Part shown: piece by piece, positions 59,749 to 64,000 of the stretch | How the letters are laid out: the number at the start of each line of letters is the position of its first letter | Position numbering within the stretch: the first letter of the stretch is position 1 | From: an uncultured Poribacteria bacterium | Lineage (GTDB): Bacteria > Poribacteria > WGA-4E > WGA-3G | NCBI GenBank assembly: GCA_951813565.1 | Contig: OX638351.1 | Span: 2,656,001-2,720,000, forward strand | Length of the DNA: 64,000 bases | Reading direction: 5' to 3' | The notes under the pieces: model-generated | The model's database searches: none | The model's input: the letters and a program-made list of their open reading frames with translations, nothing else | Told to the model about the DNA's origin: nothing | Program-made: the position numbers and the translations under genes

Positions 59749-62253
59749 ATGAGTTACGCCAACGTCGCTTTTCCTATATCAGTCAACCAACTTTTTACTT
59801 ATTCCGTTCCGCAACATCTGGATGCGGTTGTGCAGCCGGGTGTCCGTGTATTAGCCTCTTTCCACCAGAGTAATCAGGAAGGGGTTGTTGTTGAACGTGT
59901 AGATGAAACCGATGTGGAATCTGAAAAACTCAAGAAAATCTCAGATTGTCTTGATGCGGAACCAACATATTCCGAAGAACTACTCGAACTCACCAAATGG
60001 ATGGCAGACTACTACCTATCATCGTGGGGAAACGCGCTTTTTTGTGCTGTTCCAGGAGTTGTGCGAAACCAAAAACAACAACTTATACAACTGCGGTCTG
60101 AATATATTGCCCCCACAGGAAAAGTCCAAAAACAGATAGTTACACTTTTGGAAACGGAAGGCGCTCTCTCTCCACATCAACTTGCACATCATATTAACAG
60201 GAGTCCCGCAAAACTCCGCCCTCAAATTACAGCACTTCAAAAAAATGGTGTTGTTGATGTTAAAGTTACCCACAAACCAAAAGCGACTGCTCAGTTTACC
60301 AATGTTACCTCTTTAGCGTTACCACCTGCTGATATTGCGGCTGAGATTGCTGCATTAACATCCGGCGAAGATGGGTATGGAAGCTCAACTCATCAGGACG
60401 CCAAACGTATCCCACATGCAGCTGCTGTTAAACATGCTGAAATCCTACAAATCTTGCTGGACGAAGATATACCAGTAGCCACATCTCAATTGACAAAACG
60501 GGTAAAGACAAGCGATTCACTCCTTCGTACACTTGAAAGGCGTGGATTCATTAAAATTACGCGCGCCGCAGCAGTACGCAACCCATTGAGTGCCCAACCT
60601 GTCCCGCCTACTCAACCACTCCCTTTAAATCCAGCACAATCTGCTGCATTCAGAGAACTTCAATCCGAAAACCGTTCAAATCAGACTTTCTTACTTCACG
60701 GCGTAACGGGTAGTGGCAAAACCGAAGTATATATGCAGGCAATGGCACAAATACTTGACAGTGGCAAATCGGTTATCGTCCTTGTACCAGAGATTTCTCT
60801 TACACCGCAAACCGCATCACGGTTCATCGGACGTTTCGGAGACCGTGTGGCTGTGCTTCACAGTCGTCTCAGCGACGGCGAACGTTTTGACCAGTGGCAC
60901 CGCATCCAAAAAGGGGATGCTGATATTGTCATTGGACCCCGTTCTGCTGTTTTCGCACCGGTCAAGGAACTCGGTTTACTGATTATTGATGAAGAACATT
61001 CAGATTCCTACAAATCAGATACAGCACCACGTTACCATGCCAGAGAAGTAGCGCAAAAACGTACCGAACTTGCCAACTGTCCATTAATACTCGGCAGTGC
61101 AACGCCTTCTCTTGAAAGTTTTTTTCATGCACAGAAAGGCACATACAAACTCCTTAGCCTTCCTTCCCGTATCTTGGACCGAAAAATGCCTGAAGTTCAC
61201 ATCATTGATATGCGAAATGAGTTAAAAAAAGGGAATCGCACAATCTTTTCCGAACGTCTTAGAAGTGCAATTGCTGACCGACTCAAAAAACGTGAGCAAA
61301 TTATCCTATTTCTTAATAGGCGCGGGCATTCAAAATATGTTTTCTGTCGGACTTGTGGTTATGCAGAAAAGTGTGAAAACTGCTCCATTTCATTGACATT
61401 CCACTTCGAAACAAAAAAGTTGGTTTGTCATCATTGCGGTCATAAACGCGATACGCACCCCACATGCCCAGATTGTGGCAGCCCTGCAATTGACTATTTC
61501 GGACGTAGAGGGTTCGGCACTGAAACCGTAGAACGAGAAGTACAAAAAGCGTTTCCAACAGCAAACATCAAGAGATTTGATGCTGATTCTACGGCAAAGA
61601 AAAACGCACATCAGCATATTTTAGAGGATTTCCAACATCAGAAAATTGATATATTAATAGGCACTCAGATGGTGGCAAAAGGCTTAGATTTTCCAAACGT
61701 GACGCTTGTTGGCGTCATTGTAGCGGACACAGCCTTAAATCTACCCGATTTCCGAGCGGGGGAACATACATTTAGTTTGCTCACGCAAGTTGCTGGACGT
61801 TCGGGCCGTGCCGAAGTCGCAGGTGAGGTTATTATACAAACCTATATGCCAGATCACTATTGCATTTCAGCCGCACAGACGCACGACTATGTCGGTTTTT
61901 ATGAACAAGAGGTTGAAGCACGAAGTGTCTTTGAGTATCCGCCTTTTTCACACGTCGCCACGCTTTTACTACGAGGCAAAAATGAGAATGAAGTAATTGA
62001 TGCTGCGAACACTGTGAGTGGTCATCTAAAAATCTGGCAAACCGACGAGTTTCCAGAGGTAATAATTTTAGGACCTGCCCCCGCACCACTCTCAAAAATT
62101 GATGGAAAGTTTAGGTGGCGTTTCCTACTCCGAAGTAAGAATGTGGAAAAAATCTCTCAACTCCTTCAATGCTTAAATGATGATCTGCCACCAGCAATAA
62201 AATCAAACGCTGTTGAATGTGTTATAGATATTGATCCAACCAATACGTTGTAA
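59749..62253 (+). CDS. priA: Primosomal protein N'
   Basis: GVTGSGKTEVY, DEEH, LNRRG, Cys-rich zinc cluster, GTQMVAKGLDFP, QVAGRSGR. Confidence 0.96.
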   Translation: MSYANVAFPISVNQLFTYSVPQHLDAVVQPGVRVLASFHQSNQEGVVVERVDETDVESEKLKKISDCLDAEPTYSEELLELTKWMADYYLSSWGNALFCAVPGVVRNQKQQLIQLRSEYIAPTGKVQKQIVTLLETEGALSPHQLAHHINRSPAKLRPQITALQKNGVVDVKVTHKPKATAQFTNVTSLALPPADIAAEIAALTSGEDGYGSSTHQDAKRIPHAAAVKHAEILQILLDEDIPVATSQLTKRVKTSDSLLRTLERRGFIKITRAAAVRNPLSAQPVPPTQPLPLNPAQSAAFRELQSENRSNQTFLLHGVTGSGKTEVYMQAMAQILDSGKSVIVLVPEISLTPQTASRFIGRFGDRVAVLHSRLSDGERFDQWHRIQKGDADIVIGPRSAVFAPVKELGLLIIDEEHSDSYKSDTAPRYHAREVAQKRTELANCPLILGSATPSLESFFHAQKGTYKLLSLPSRILDRKMPEVHIIDMRNELKKGNRTIFSERLRSAIADRLKKREQIILFLNRRGHSKYVFCRTCGYAEKCENCSISLTFHFETKKLVCHHCGHKRDTHPTCPDCGSPAIDYFGRRGFGTETVEREVQKAFPTANIKRFDADSTAKKNAHQHILEDFQHQKIDILIGTQMVAKGLDFPNVTLVGVIVADTALNLPDFRAGEHTFSLLTQVAGRSGRAEVAGEVIIQTYMPDHYCISAAQTHDYVGFYEQEVEARSVFEYPPFSHVATLLLRGKNENEVIDAANTVSGHLKIWQTDEFPEVIILGPAPAPLSKIDGKFRWRFLLRSKNVEKISQLLQCLNDDLPPAIKSNAVECVIDIDPTNTL

Positions 62254-62326
62254 TACTAAATTAACTTGGTGTATAGGGAAATCACGCAGAATCACCCTAC
62301 ACTTATTTTAAAGGAATTAATCATAT

Positions 62327-63283
62327 ATGGGTAACCGGATATTTGAAAAACTTGCTGATACAGAACTACTTGGGAAAAGTCCTATTCTTGTTTTTGCTGC
62401 TGATCCACTTGCATCCGCAGGCATTAAAGGACTGGGACAAGTCCAACATCCAAAACCGCACTATCGCACCCACGCGGAGTTTTTACAACTGCAACGTGAC
62501 CTCGCCGCAGATGGGCAGCTTGATGGGTTATTAATGACACCTGCAGATGCAGAGACATTGGCACTTGATGAAAACCTTTTTGAAAGCACTCCCATCACAC
62601 CTATTGTCCGAATGAATTCGGAAACCGCTATTTGGAACCCGCGTTTTGGTGTTTACACTTCGCGACCATCAATGCCTTTTCAAACAGTTTTCCCAGAAGA
62701 TATGCAGCGGTATTGTGAAAATCTTATCGGTCCGGCATTGGATTGCCGAGTCAGTCTCGGGTTATATTCAATCACCCTCAATAATGATCCGATTGTTGAT
62801 GAGCGGATGCTACAGGCGTATGTGCAATTTGCCCATGTTGTTGGTGAAATCGAAGGGTTTGATCATCTATTAGAGGTTTTTCTACCAAATGTTAAATTAC
62901 CGGGAATGGATGAAGAAAAACGTGGTATGTACGTTGCCGATTCAATTGTTCGCACGATGAGTTATCTTCGCAAACACCAACGACCTCGGTTTATCAAAAC
63001 TGCCTACACAACGGTTGACGTCTGGACTGAGTTATGTCAGTTTGATACGACTCTTGTAATTGGAGCTTTAGGTGGACCACGGCAGAATGCACGCAGTACC
63101 TTTGCCCTTGCACATAACGTTGTGCAGAACGGTGGGCGCGCCATCTTATTTGGTCGCACTATCTTCGGTGAAGATGATCCCATCAGTTTTGTGCAGTGCC
63201 TTCGCTGTGTGCTTGATGGAGAGTTTGATCCGCAGACTGCCCATGCTGAGTATCAGAAACACCTCCGAACTCAGGCACAGTAA
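62327..63283 (+). CDS. Class I aldolase-like TIM-barrel protein
   Basis: HLLEVF, FIKTAY, ALGGP, GGRAILFGRTI. Confidence 0.6.
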   Translation: MGNRIFEKLADTELLGKSPILVFAADPLASAGIKGLGQVQHPKPHYRTHAEFLQLQRDLAADGQLDGLLMTPADAETLALDENLFESTPITPIVRMNSETAIWNPRFGVYTSRPSMPFQTVFPEDMQRYCENLIGPALDCRVSLGLYSITLNNDPIVDERMLQAYVQFAHVVGEIEGFDHLLEVFLPNVKLPGMDEEKRGMYVADSIVRTMSYLRKHQRPRFIKTAYTTVDVWTELCQFDTTLVIGALGGPRQNARSTFALAHNVVQNGGRAILFGRTIFGEDDPISFVQCLRCVLDGEFDPQTAHAEYQKHLRTQAQ

Positions 63284-63303
63284 TATAAAACAATTATCTG
63301 GCA

Positions 63304-63362
63304 TAGGGCGGGTCCTGGGACGATTACTAATCGTTCCATTGTTGGCACCCGCCTATTTTTTT
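63304..63362 (+). terminator. Hairpin plus U-tract, probable terminator
   Basis: GGCGGGT...ACCCGCC followed by T8. Confidence 0.6.
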
Positions 63363-63380
63363 CGTCACACAGGTTTCCAC

Positions 63381-64000
63381 ATGTCACAGCAACCTTCCAA
63401 AAAACTGAGAATCCTCCTACTCCTTCCGACACGTACCTACCGCGCAACCGATTTCCTTAACGCCGCGCTCAAGCTTGATGTAGAGGTTGCTGTTGCATCG
63501 GAAAAGCCCGCTACGACAGCAGAACTTTCCCCACGCGACACTTTGATGCTTGACTTTCGCAACCCAACAGTCGCAACACAAACAATCGTTGAATTTGCTG
63601 AGACACACCCTATTGCAGCTGTTATTGGTGTTGATGATGATACAACTATGCTCGCGACAACTGCCTCCACAGCGCTTGGGCTTCCGCACAACCCAATTTC
63701 ATCTGCAAAAGCCACACGCGATAAATACCTCTTACGACAGGCACTTGAGAAAAACGGTGTGCCTGTGCCGAACTACAGACGTTTTTCGATTCAAGACGAT
63801 GTCAAGAAAATTAGCACACAGATTAATTTTCCGTGTGTCATCAAACCGCTGTCACTCTCAGCGAGCCGTGGCGTAATCCGAGCAGACAATCCAACTGAAT
63901 TTACAGAGGCTTTCCATCGTATCACTACACTTCTCAACAGAGTAAAAGAATCCAGAAATATAAACAACGATTCTTTCCAATATCTCTTGGTTGAAGACTA
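63381..64000 (+). CDS. ATP-grasp domain protein, runs off window end
   Basis: ATG at 63381: LLLLPTRTYRATDF...TRDKYLLR...FPCVIKPLSLSASRGVIRAD. Confidence 0.85.
   Translation, partial: MSQQPSKKLRILLLLPTRTYRATDFLNAALKLDVEVAVASEKPATTAELSPRDTLMLDFRNPTVATQTIVEFAETHPIAAVIGVDDDTTMLATTASTALGLPHNPISSAKATRDKYLLRQALEKNGVPVPNYRRFSIQDDVKKISTQINFPCVIKPLSLSASRGVIRADNPTEFTEAFHRITTLLNRVKESRNINNDSFQYLLVED

Overview
Bacterial chromosomal window, most likely Candidatus Poribacteria (inferred from three PhyH-family dioxygenases, a LamG protein and secreted proteins ending in a shared (V/I)E..GKF.T.WG.LK motif). 1.9-12 kb is a decayed accessory island: IS701, IS1595, IS3 and IS5 pieces, broken glycosyltransferase genes and YD-repeat genes. 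12-52 kb mixes metabolic genes, a Ski2/HelY-like helicase, an intact-looking tnpB-only IS200/IS605 element, HEAT/PDZ lipoproteins and a nitrogen module (sigma54 promoter, outer-membrane protein, two Amt transporters). 52.8-62 kb is the rpsB-tsf-frr-cdsA-dxr-rseP-udg-priA housekeeping cluster, lacking pyrH and uppS. The most unusual signal is intergenic. At least six MITE families, several with visible target duplications, are nested with REP-like palindromes. A family of tiny (~35 bp) single-hairpin modules inserts without target duplication into REP loops and into each other, in a repeated order at independent loci. One MITE family inserts in TATAAT boxes and rebuilds an extended -10 promoter. 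All product calls come from motif recognition by eye; no database searches were run.
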